DNA of 64,000 nucleotides from a virus: IMG/VR virus record IMGVR_UViG_3300020204_000007, positions 32,001 to 96,000 of that record; one strand, 5' to 3'. Shown piece by piece: positions 29,106 to 38,298 of this stretch (position 1 is its first letter; each line of letters starts with the position of its first letter). The notes under the pieces were generated by a model. It saw only the letters and a program-made list of their open reading frames with translations, ran no database searches and was not told where the DNA came from. The position numbers and the translations under genes were made by a program.

Positions 29106-30086
29106 ATGCACAATCTTCCTAAAATTCTACAAAAAAGAACAAATTTTAGGCCCTTTGCTTATCCCACCGCATTTGAAATTTTTGAAAAACAGCAAAAAGC
29201 TCATTGGACACCGTCCGAAGTAGAAATGGATGCCGATGTTCATCAATATCACACAGAATTTTCTGCAAAAGAAAAACATGCAATTACAACTATTTTAAAA
29301 ATATTCACACAAACAGAAAACATTGTTGCGGATTATTGGACAAACGTTGTTGGTAAATGGTTTGTGCAACCAGAAATTTGCATGATGGCAAACACGTTTG
29401 CTTCATTTGAAGCTATTCATGCGCAAGCATACGACAAACTAAATACTGCTCTTGGTCTTGATTCTAAAGAATTTTATCTATCATTTCTTGAAGATGAAAC
29501 TTTAAAAAAGAAAACGGAATTTATTGAATCCAAAATGGAAATCTTTACAGAAAAAGATCTACCATTATCCCTTGCAGTATTTTCTGGTTTTACCGAAGGC
29601 GTTTCGCTGTTTAGCTCATTTGCAATTTTATTAAATTTTCAGCGGTTTAATAAACTAAAAGACGTTGCTAATATTATTAGCTGGTCAATTAGAGATGAAA
29701 GTTTGCATTCAAGTGCTGGATGTTGGCTATTTAGAACACTAGTTTCCGAAATGAATTTTTCTAAAGAACAATTATCTGATTTGGAAGAACAAATCAAAGA
29801 AGTCGCTGAGCAAATTCATGAGATGGAAATGATTTATATCGATAAAATCTTTTTAGAAGATGAGCTCGAAGGTTTAACTAAAAACGATATGAAAAATTTT
29901 ATTAGGCATCGTATTAATCAAAAAATGCGTGATTTAGGATTGAGTGATATATATAAAAATCTTCCAACAGATAAAGTCGGCGCCTGGTTTAATCCATTAA
30001 ATCAAGCCGTAGAGTTTGTAGACTTCTTTGAAGCGCGTTCTACAAACTATGTCAAAGGTTGGAATTTCGGACACATTAACTGGTAA
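29106..30086 (+). CDS. nrdB: Ribonucleotide reductase class I beta subunit
   Basis: HWTPSEV, EAIHAQAY, EGVSLFSSF, RDESLH and DFFE motifs. Confidence 0.95.
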   Translation: MHNLPKILQKRTNFRPFAYPTAFEIFEKQQKAHWTPSEVEMDADVHQYHTEFSAKEKHAITTILKIFTQTENIVADYWTNVVGKWFVQPEICMMANTFASFEAIHAQAYDKLNTALGLDSKEFYLSFLEDETLKKKTEFIESKMEIFTEKDLPLSLAVFSGFTEGVSLFSSFAILLNFQRFNKLKDVANIISWSIRDESLHSSAGCWLFRTLVSEMNFSKEQLSDLEEQIKEVAEQIHEMEMIYIDKIFLEDELEGLTKNDMKNFIRHRINQKMRDLGLSDIYKNLPTDKVGAWFNPLNQAVEFVDFFEARSTNYVKGWNFGHINW

Positions 30087-30111
30087 TCTTCATACCTAAA
30101 AGAGAATACAA

Positions 30112-31779
30112 ATGAAGCTTAAAGAACTGAAGTCATCTTTTGAAGCTCCCCAATGGCTAACCGAAGAAGGTTTTATTACTTTAACAAAAGGCTATTTGCT
30201 TTCAAACGAAACACCAAAAGGTATGTATCGTAGGGTAGCAAAAGCTGCGGCTTCTTATCTACCAAATAATAAACAAAAATGGGAAGACGATTTTTTTAAT
30301 ATTATTTGGAATAACTGGCTTTGTCTTGCAACGCCAGTCGCATCTAATTTTGGAACGCAAAGAGGATTACCAATCAGTTGTTTTGGTAGTTATGTTGACG
30401 ACAGCATTTATTCTATTTTTGAAAAAAATTTAGAAGTGGCTGTTTTAAGCAAACATGGCGGTGGGACATCTTCGTTTCTTGGAGATGTTCGCGGGCGCGG
30501 GGCTACAATCAACGGTGGTGGAAATAGCAACGGTACAACTAGCTGGGTAGAAGTGCTCAGAACAACTGTTAACCAAGTTTCCCAAAACGGCATTAGACGA
30601 GGCCAACACGCTACTTATATCCCAATTGACCATGCAGATTTTGATGAATTTGTAGATGTAAGAAAACATTTAGACGGAATCCACTTAGGCGTTTCTATTT
30701 CTGATGAATTCTTAAAAAGATGTGAAAATAAAGAAGAAGAAGCTTTACGAAGATGGTTCAAATTGCTCAAGGCTCGAATGGAAACCGGTGAACCATATAT
30801 TTTGTTTATTGATAAAGTAAACGCTCAGAATCCAAGTTTATATAAAGAGCAAAACCTAAGTGTAAAAGCTAGCAATCTATGTTCAGAGATTGTTTTACAT
30901 TCTGATGCGGAACATTCATTTGTTTGCTGTTTGTCCTCAATGAATTTAGCTAAATGGGATGAATGGAAAGACACAAATGCGGTTTTTTTAGCAACTGTTT
31001 TCTTAGATTGTGTGATGGAAGAGTTTATTAAAAAAGCTTCTAGCATAAAAGGCATCGAAGCTGCTGTCAGATTTGCTAAGAAATCTAGAGCCCTTGGATT
31101 AGGTGTTCTTGGATATCATACATATTTACAAAAAAATATGATTCCATTCGACAGTCTTCAGGCAAGAATTTTTAACCACACTTGGGCAAAAGTATTAAAA
31201 ATGGAATCGCAAAAAGCTACTGAATGGATGGCTACTGAGCTTGGAGAGCCAGAATGGTGCAAGGGTGAATGCGTTCGTAACACACATTTGCTTGCTATTG
31301 CACCAACAACTTCAAATGCAATTATTTCTGGTGGCGTTTCTCAAGGAATTGAGCCGATTGTTGCAAATGCATTTGTGCAAAAAACTGCAAAGGGTACATT
31401 CATTAGAAAAAATCCTACACTTGAAGAATATTTAGAAAATTTAAACTTAAATACTAATGAAATATGGGAAAAAATCATTGATAACCATGGCAGTGTTGTA
31501 GATATCCATGGTATTTCTGAAGATGCTAAAGAAGTATTTAAAACTGCTTATGAAATTAATCAAAAAGAAATTATTTTTCAAGCAAACCAACGCCAGAAAT
31601 ATATATGTCAATCACAATCACTTAATTTGTTTTTTGATTCTAATGAAAGTCCAGAATGGATTCACAAAATTCATAAAGAGGCCGCTTTGTCTTCGCATAT
31701 TAAATCGCTTTATTATGTAAGATCTATGGCTGGGATTAGAGCTGAAAAAGCTGAAGGCTGTAAAAGCTGCGAAGGATAA
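30112..31779 (+). CDS. nrdA: Ribonucleotide reductase class I alpha subunit, lacking an ATP cone
   Basis: PISCF, SNLCSEI, APTTS, SLYY and C-terminal CKSCEG. Confidence 0.95.
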   Translation: MKLKELKSSFEAPQWLTEEGFITLTKGYLLSNETPKGMYRRVAKAAASYLPNNKQKWEDDFFNIIWNNWLCLATPVASNFGTQRGLPISCFGSYVDDSIYSIFEKNLEVAVLSKHGGGTSSFLGDVRGRGATINGGGNSNGTTSWVEVLRTTVNQVSQNGIRRGQHATYIPIDHADFDEFVDVRKHLDGIHLGVSISDEFLKRCENKEEEALRRWFKLLKARMETGEPYILFIDKVNAQNPSLYKEQNLSVKASNLCSEIVLHSDAEHSFVCCLSSMNLAKWDEWKDTNAVFLATVFLDCVMEEFIKKASSIKGIEAAVRFAKKSRALGLGVLGYHTYLQKNMIPFDSLQARIFNHTWAKVLKMESQKATEWMATELGEPEWCKGECVRNTHLLAIAPTTSNAIISGGVSQGIEPIVANAFVQKTAKGTFIRKNPTLEEYLENLNLNTNEIWEKIIDNHGSVVDIHGISEDAKEVFKTAYEINQKEIIFQANQRQKYICQSQSLNLFFDSNESPEWIHKIHKEAALSSHIKSLYYVRSMAGIRAEKAEGCKSCEG

Positions 31780-31820
31780 TCATTTTTATTATCCTTCGGT
31801 ATTATTAAATCGGAGGAATT

Positions 31821-32348
31821 ATGAACCTTTTTGTTATTGGCTCACAGCAAGAAAGTGCTCAAGCTCTTGATGACCGTCGTTTAGTAAAAATGACTGTAGA
31901 AACACTGCAATTATTTGCGTATGCTATGCATAATTTGGAAATTCCAGAATATCATTATCCAGTAAGTAAAGAAACTGGCTTACCATTCAAAGCAAATAAC
32001 TCGCACACAAAACATCCAGTTACAATTTGGCTACAACAAAGCGTTGGCAATTTTGATTGGATGTTTATTTATTTACAAGAAATGATGAAAGAATACGAGT
32101 TTAGATTTGAAAAACCTGCATTTGTTGAACAAATTAACCTTCAGAAAATACAAAGTGCCAGAAATTTATGGCCAATAGGTGAGTTAACGCCATTTGCTAA
32201 CTGTTCACTACACCAAGATATAGAAAATACTATAATTGCATACAAAAAAACATTAGCGGATAAATGGAAAAAGGGCGAATTGTCTACTAGAACTTTACCA
32301 AAGTGGACAAAACGGGAGCGGCCAAACTTTGAGTGCGCATCAAACTGA
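31821..32348 (+). CDS. Pyrimidine-dimer DNA glycosylase (DenV-like) family protein
   Basis: LDDRRLVKMTVETLQL, HPVTIW, EYEFRF and KWTKRERP motifs. Confidence 0.7.
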   Translation: MNLFVIGSQQESAQALDDRRLVKMTVETLQLFAYAMHNLEIPEYHYPVSKETGLPFKANNSHTKHPVTIWLQQSVGNFDWMFIYLQEMMKEYEFRFEKPAFVEQINLQKIQSARNLWPIGELTPFANCSLHQDIENTIIAYKKTLADKWKKGELSTRTLPKWTKRERPNFECASN

Positions 32349-33420
32349 AAATGCTATTGCTAATTTGTTGGATAAATATGCGGTTGATTATAAAGTCAAT
32401 CGCAGATCATTTATTTTAAAATTTTGCCCAAGTTGCGGTAAATCAAAATATTCAGTTTGGCTTTTAAAGCCAGACGATGATGAAACAAAAGTGTACGGTC
32501 AATGTTGGGTTTGCGGTGCAAAATTTTCAATTCTTAAATATTTAACTGACTGCGGTGTAGAAAGTTATAAAAAATTAAAATCAGAACTATTCGGCAGGCA
32601 GATATCTAAACCAAATGCTGGAATGTTTGATTTAGATACTCCTATGCCAAATACTCCAATTAATCAAAAACATGAAAATTTAAAGCTTAACCACTGCTCC
32701 ATTCCCGAAACATTTCACAAAGTGTATGATTGGCCGTCTAATCCGGCTTCTATGTATGCAAAAAAACGCGGTGTTGTCGGAGATTTGCAGCACGAAGTGT
32801 ATATAGACCCATTTGCTCGCGCAGTTGCGTTTCCTATTTATTGTTTTGATACTTTAGTGGGATTTCAGAAGCGTTTTATTTCTCCAGATGCAAAAATAAA
32901 AGTACACACTGATGCTAATCTACCCAAAGCTCATGCGTTTATTAGATTCGGCCATGTTAATAAGCCAATTTGCGTAGTAGAAGGCCCATTTGATGCTGTT
33001 GCTGCAGTATGGTTTGGATATTACGGGCTTGCTACCATGGGTGCTCAAATATCAGCATCTCAAGCAAGGCAAATTGCGATGATGGCTATGGAACAAAATC
33101 CAGATAATCCAATTGTATATCTTGGCTTAGATCCGGATGAAGCCGGTGAAAATGGGGCTTGTAAACTGGCTAGGTTTTTAGATTTTTATGGCGTTAAATA
33201 TGAACGTATAACACCAATGATCGAGCATGAAGATTTTAATTCTATGCTAGTTAAACATTCTGGTTTAGATTTAGAAAAATCAGATAAATTAGTTACTATA
33301 AATGGTCTTGTACAGTCGCAACATTGGTGGATTCCAAATAAAATACGAATAGATGATATATATGAACAAAGAATGATTAAAAACGTTAAGAAAAAATTAA
33401 AAGATCTTTCAGAGGGATGA
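32329..33420 (+). CDS. DNA primase (zinc finger + Toprim)
   Basis: CPSC...CWVC, VVEGPFDA and LDPDEAG motifs. Confidence 0.88.
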   Translation: MSAHQTENAIANLLDKYAVDYKVNRRSFILKFCPSCGKSKYSVWLLKPDDDETKVYGQCWVCGAKFSILKYLTDCGVESYKKLKSELFGRQISKPNAGMFDLDTPMPNTPINQKHENLKLNHCSIPETFHKVYDWPSNPASMYAKKRGVVGDLQHEVYIDPFARAVAFPIYCFDTLVGFQKRFISPDAKIKVHTDANLPKAHAFIRFGHVNKPICVVEGPFDAVAAVWFGYYGLATMGAQISASQARQIAMMAMEQNPDNPIVYLGLDPDEAGENGACKLARFLDFYGVKYERITPMIEHEDFNSMLVKHSGLDLEKSDKLVTINGLVQSQHWWIPNKIRIDDIYEQRMIKNVKKKLKDLSEG

Positions 33421-33424
33421 TTAA

Positions 33425-33664
33425 ATGAATTTAGAAAAATTTTTGTATCAATTGCGTAAAAAAAATAATGAACTTTATATTGCAAGACTTAGTTTGTCTT
33501 CAAATAGTCCATTACAATTAAAACGGATTGGCGATTCAGAATGGTCTGAAGTTTCTCCTTGGGATCAAGAACAAAACAAAACTGTCCCATGCAGTGATTG
33601 GTTAGATCAAAACCATATGAAAAATCACTTGTGTGTTAATGGAATACAGAATTACGTATTATGA
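33425..33664 (+). CDS. Hypothetical protein
   Basis: GAGG SD; continues the operon. Confidence 0.6.
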   Translation: MNLEKFLYQLRKKNNELYIARLSLSSNSPLQLKRIGDSEWSEVSPWDQEQNKTVPCSDWLDQNHMKNHLCVNGIQNYVL

Positions 33665-33951
33665 ATTATTTGTATAAAATTTATCAAAAAATGAAATTTG
33701 ATAAACATACAAATGCCTATGAAGTAGAATCTTGGTGTATTCATAGATTCAATACTGAAACTTTTGAAATTTTTAAACTAGAATGTATCGTTGGTTCTAT
33801 GGGCAGCGTAGATATATGGCTGCCTGTATATCCTTCTATGTTAACGAATCTATCACAAATGACTGATTTTATCACTTTGGAAGAAGCAATCAATTATTTA
33901 GAGAAATATGGGCTAAAAACTCTTTCTTCTAAGCTCATGAATCACCTATAA
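33661..33951 (+). CDS. Hypothetical protein
   Basis: ATGA overlap with the previous ORF. Confidence 0.6.
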   Translation: MNYLYKIYQKMKFDKHTNAYEVESWCIHRFNTETFEIFKLECIVGSMGSVDIWLPVYPSMLTNLSQMTDFITLEEAINYLEKYGLKTLSSKLMNHL

Positions 33952-34213
33952 TCAGTATTTACCAATATAAAAAACTATCCATGAATTAAAAAATCTAGAC
34001 AGTCTTAAATACCATGTATAATATTATTATACATAAAGTTTAGTGATTTTAGTTATTTATTTAATTAATGATAAAAAATATTAAGATTAATTTAACTTAT
34101 CACTTTTTTTGTTTATAGATCTATGTGTATAATTACTTTAACTTTATGAGTTTACGCTTTTTTAGTGTAGAATGTTATAAGAAATTTGTTTAACTCTTTC
34201 AGAGGTGTTATAT

Positions 34214-35719
34214 ATGTCAGGTTTTAGTCCACTTAATCAGCAAGAGCTTCAAATGATCGCTCAGAAGCTAGAAAGTCTTAATAAGTCTTTCGCAGCTGGC
34301 TTCCCTGGTCTCAACAACGCAGGAAGAACTGGTACTTCTGCAATCGCTATTGATAGCCTTGAGCCAACTGTGCGTTCTTTGACTCTAGAGGATGAAGACT
34401 TCCTCTTGACAAAAAATGTACAAACCCTCAAAGCTACACAGACTACATATAGCTATGTAGTTAAGACAGCGGTTCGTAGCGGTATTGACACTTGGGGTGT
34501 CGAAACATTCCTTCCACAAGAAGATGTTTCTCAATATATGCGTGTTGCAGAAGTTCTTCGTGTACAAGGTATTCGTAAGACGATTTCTCACCTTGCACAA
34601 ACAGTAAACTCTGCTGGCGGCTACATGCTTGACCTCGAAGCAGAAAACGACAAGAATGCAGCTATGTCAATGGCCGAAGGTCTTGAGCGTGCAATGTATA
34701 TCGGTGGCGATATGTATCTTGACCAAAATGGCGAGATTGACAGCACGCTTGCTGCTAATCCAAACGCTCCTATGCGTATGCCACGCGGTATTCAGGCTCA
34801 AATTCGTGAAGGTAACAAATCTGCTCGCGGTATCATTGGTGACTTCGTTGGATACGGTAACAACCGTGTAACTTTTGCTGATGCAAAAGGCCAAGTCCTG
34901 ACAAGGGGTCAAGTTGACAAGCTTGTTTCAGCTGTTCGCGAAAACCGCGGCCGTATTGTTGAAGCACACTGTACGGTTGACCAACTTGTTCACTTCCGTG
35001 CTACGTTCTTCCCATTTGAGCGTGGTGATCTTGGCGCTGCTTACGCAATTCGCGGTGCTAACGTAGAAGCAGAAGCTAAGTCTGGATTCCCACTCCAAAC
35101 AGTTGTTGGTACAGTTGACTTTATTCCTTCTGTATTCAAATATACTCGCGCTTATCCAGAGCCTGTAATGAGCTCAAGTGGCACAATTGCTACTCCAGCT
35201 ATCAGCGCTACTGCACAAGTTGCTGGTAATACATCATTCAAAGCTGGTGACGTTGTTAAGTATGTTGTTCAGGCAGTTAACATCCACGGAATTTCAATGC
35301 CTTCGGCTGAAGTTTCTGTAACAATTGCTGCTGATGGAAACAAAGTTCAGCTTACTCTCGCTGCTGTTCCTGGCGCTGAAGAATTCGCTCTTTTCCGCAC
35401 TTCAGTTGGTGGAGCTTCTGGCACATGGAAAGCTTGTGGACGCGTAATTGCTGCTCGCGCTGGTGCTACTACTGCAGTTGATGCACAAGCAATTCTTCCT
35501 GGACTTGACAGCGTAGTGTTCCTACCAAAAGCTCAATTCCGTGCGAAACTTGCTGTCCTTGGCGAAATGCTTTCTAAGATGAAACTCGGCCTTCGCGGTC
35601 TTGTTGAAGAAACTCTTTATGTAAGCTACCTCGCTGTAATTCTCGAGTATGTACGTCATCACGGTCTCCTTGATAACGTCTACCATGAGCTTAACGATGA
35701 AACTTACGGAAGCGTCTAA
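34214..35719 (+). CDS. Major capsid protein (SPO1/Twort-like)
   Basis: LNKSFAAG propeptide site, AIAIDSLEPTVRSLT, FN3-like insertion; strong codon bias; GAGGTG SD; own terminator. Confidence 0.88.
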   Translation: MSGFSPLNQQELQMIAQKLESLNKSFAAGFPGLNNAGRTGTSAIAIDSLEPTVRSLTLEDEDFLLTKNVQTLKATQTTYSYVVKTAVRSGIDTWGVETFLPQEDVSQYMRVAEVLRVQGIRKTISHLAQTVNSAGGYMLDLEAENDKNAAMSMAEGLERAMYIGGDMYLDQNGEIDSTLAANPNAPMRMPRGIQAQIREGNKSARGIIGDFVGYGNNRVTFADAKGQVLTRGQVDKLVSAVRENRGRIVEAHCTVDQLVHFRATFFPFERGDLGAAYAIRGANVEAEAKSGFPLQTVVGTVDFIPSVFKYTRAYPEPVMSSSGTIATPAISATAQVAGNTSFKAGDVVKYVVQAVNIHGISMPSAEVSVTIAADGNKVQLTLAAVPGAEEFALFRTSVGGASGTWKACGRVIAARAGATTAVDAQAILPGLDSVVFLPKAQFRAKLAVLGEMLSKMKLGLRGLVEETLYVSYLAVILEYVRHHGLLDNVYHELNDETYGSV

Positions 35720-35737
35720 TAAACGCTTCTAACGAAG

Positions 35738-35764
35738 AAGGCTGGGGAAACCCAGCCTTTTTTT
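35738..35764 (+). terminator. Rho-independent terminator after the capsid gene
   Basis: aaggctggg-gaaa-cccagcctt followed by a T-run. Confidence 0.88.
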
Positions 35765-36788
35765 ATTTCCTATTGAAATGCGTTCCATTTTCCCTAACGC
35801 CATTTGCCGTAACTAATACAAATTCGGCATTTTCTTCAAATTGTTGTAAATTAGAAGCATTGCAATAAGTCAAAGCAGACCGTAAACCGCCGTTGATTTG
35901 CTGCAAAACATCTTGGGTATTACCTATACTAGAAATAGTATGAGAAGAGCCCTCTGCCGATCTATGAGTAGATAATTTGCCCTGATCTTTGTATGAACTA
36001 AAGCTGGCGGACCCGCGAAATTCATTTGGACGTTCGCAGGCATCGGTTCCAGCTAACATACCGCCAATCATAACCGCCTTTGCACCAGCCGCTAAAGCTT
36101 TGGCAATATCGCCGCTGGTTTTACAACCGCCATCGGCAATTAATGAATACCTATCTGGTGAGTTATCCATAATAGCAGAAAGCTGCGGGTAACCACAACC
36201 AGTAACAGTGCGAGTTTCACACACAGAGCCTGGACCAATTCCAATTTTCCATCCAACAATATTACTTAAATCATGATCTATTACTGTTAGATGCCTTGAT
36301 ACATTTTTAATAAATGGAAAAATATCAATAAAATTACCAACTATGTAGTCAATGTGTGGATTGAATTCAGCAATGTCTGCAACAAATTTTGCAACTTGAG
36401 ATTGTGCGGCATGGGCTACATCAATAACAAATGTTTTAACGCCAACACTTGAAAGCTCGTTATGTCGTTCATAACTAAGTTTGTCTATGCCAATAGATGC
36501 CCAAAAATTTACTTTTTGTTTAACTAAACTCTCGGCAATAATGCAATTTTCTTCAATGCTCATAAATCGATGCAGACAGCCGATTCCGCCAGCTTGGTGC
36601 ATTGCTATACACATATTATGGCCTGTAACGGTATCCATATTTGCAGAAATAACGGGAAGAGACAAAGATGTATATCGACCTATTTGAACCGACAGATCTA
36701 CGTTACCTCTAGAATTAATCCAAGAAAATTTTGGTACTAACAAAACATCGTCAAAAGTATATGCAGTCTTTTTAATCAAAGAACTCAT
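35763..36788 (-). CDS. IMP dehydrogenase/GMP reductase family enzyme, no CBS domains
   Basis: TFDDVLLVP, SANMDTVT, GIGPGSVCETR, IADGG and GGLRSALTY motifs. Confidence 0.9.
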   Translation of the reverse strand: MSSLIKKTAYTFDDVLLVPKFSWINSRGNVDLSVQIGRYTSLSLPVISANMDTVTGHNMCIAMHQAGGIGCLHRFMSIEENCIIAESLVKQKVNFWASIGIDKLSYERHNELSSVGVKTFVIDVAHAAQSQVAKFVADIAEFNPHIDYIVGNFIDIFPFIKNVSRHLTVIDHDLSNIVGWKIGIGPGSVCETRTVTGCGYPQLSAIMDNSPDRYSLIADGGCKTSGDIAKALAAGAKAVMIGGMLAGTDACERPNEFRGSASFSSYKDQGKLSTHRSAEGSSHTISSIGNTQDVLQQINGGLRSALTYCNASNLQQFEENAEFVLVTANGVRENGTHFNRK

Positions 36789-36803
36789 TATTTCTCCAAT
36801 AAA

Positions 36804-37172
36804 TTAAATATCTTGGCACAAAAATTCGATAAGGCTTGAATATTTTTTTCTTTTTAATTTAGAAGACCCAATTAACTCAATCGCCTCGTGTACTCCTATC
36901 GCCTTTTTTGTTTTTAAGACAATAAAAGCGTGATCAATTAAGCCCATCGAGTTGTAATTTTGCATGATATTATCTTCGGATTGAGCTAGAAAGTCCCATT
37001 GAAATTGAGCCATTTTTAGATGTGAATTCATTGCAAAATAATAAAGCTTTTTATAAAAAATCTTTTTTGTGTGCATTGAATTTTGTTCTTCTTTAAAGAT
37101 ATGAAGATTGCCATCCATAGTATAAAGGATTAAGTATTTAATTTGATTATTTTTTATTTGTTGTGTTTCCAT
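36804..37172 (-). CDS. Hypothetical protein
   Basis: ORF only. Confidence 0.55.
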   Translation of the reverse strand: METQQIKNNQIKYLILYTMDGNLHIFKEEQNSMHTKKIFYKKLYYFAMNSHLKMAQFQWDFLAQSEDNIMQNYNSMGLIDHAFIVLKTKKAIGVHEAIELIGSSKLKRKKYSSLIEFLCQDI

Positions 37173-37210
37173 AATAATGTTATATTAGTAATAATAACGG
37201 TTGATAATAT

Positions 37211-37438
37211 ATGCAATTTCAAGGTAAAGAACATAAAAAACGAGTCAGGGATGCTCTTCGTAAATACAACGAAGAAGCCAGAAAACCTGTTTATTGTATA
37301 GATATGATTACAGGCGAAATAGAAAATTTTGAAAGCAAATATGATGCGGAAAAGGCCGGTTATAAACGATATAGAATTGATCGCTGTTTAAACGGGGATC
37401 GCAGAAGTTACAAGGGTAAAATGTGGTACCTTGCTTAA
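37211..37438 (+). CDS. Free-standing NUMOD1-like DNA-binding domain protein
   Basis: KPVYCID...FESKYDAEK...IDRCLNG...YKGKMW. Confidence 0.6.
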   Translation: MQFQGKEHKKRVRDALRKYNEEARKPVYCIDMITGEIENFESKYDAEKAGYKRYRIDRCLNGDRRSYKGKMWYLA

Positions 37439-38253
37439 TTTTTTTTGATCTCTTCTAAACTTTTTTGAAGAACTTCGTTCACTATATTTTGTATGGATTG
37501 TGTTTGAACTTCTTCTAAACTTTTTTGGAGAGCTTCATTTATATAATTTTGAATAGATTTTTCTGCTATTTTAATTTTTGGCTGATTTAAAAATTTAGGT
37601 TTATATGTATTATATTTCAATTGTCTGTCTAAAAAACCATTAATTTCAGCAGGACTTTTTGCTGCTGGTTTATTAATTGCACGAGAATGTTCAAATACAT
37701 TATCCCAATTTTTTACTTTGGGCCTTACTTGCGTTTCCCAATACTTTAACGCAACTTGAGCGGCAATATCTGGATCAGAGGCTAAGTGTGGATTATTATA
37801 CAGGTCAACACCTATCATTTGCCCATATTTTTTATAATTATAATCATGCGTTAAATGTATATATCCTCGCCCAAGAAAATTTTTACCGCCTTTATATCTT
37901 TTATTTGCTATATTGTCTGAAATTATTTCTTTAGGTTTTTTGAAATTCATAGTTTCATGAGCTATTTGTGCCATAAATGCAGCTAGTTCTTTGCCGTGTA
38001 ATCCCGCTTTTCTGGCTTCGCCAAGAATATGTTCTTCGCCAAACACAGGTTTTGTGTCGGGAGGAGTTGTTGGTTGCTCAATTTTTGGTTGGACTGGTTG
38101 CTGCGTTTGATTCTGAACCGAGGGATTAAATAATAATGATGAACCGGCTACAATTCCAGCTTTAATTTTGTCTTTTAAACCAGTTTTTTCTAAATCTTCA
38201 TCATAGTTTTGTTTAGAGTAATAAAGATCTTTTAAAGATTTTTTTAACTGCAT
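37435..38253 (-). CDS. Glycoside hydrolase family 19 (chitinase/lysozyme-like) protein
   Basis: AAFMAQIAHET, GRGYIHLTHDYNY, LYNNPHLA and RAIN motifs. Confidence 0.85.
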   Translation of the reverse strand: MQLKKSLKDLYYSKQNYDEDLEKTGLKDKIKAGIVAGSSLLFNPSVQNQTQQPVQPKIEQPTTPPDTKPVFGEEHILGEARKAGLHGKELAAFMAQIAHETMNFKKPKEIISDNIANKRYKGGKNFLGRGYIHLTHDYNYKKYGQMIGVDLYNNPHLASDPDIAAQVALKYWETQVRPKVKNWDNVFEHSRAINKPAAKSPAEINGFLDRQLKYNTYKPKFLNQPKIKIAEKSIQNYINEALQKSLEEVQTQSIQNIVNEVLQKSLEEIKKN

Positions 38254-38298
38254 AGTATAACCTCTATTGTAGAAATATATTATACTATGCCATTTTAT

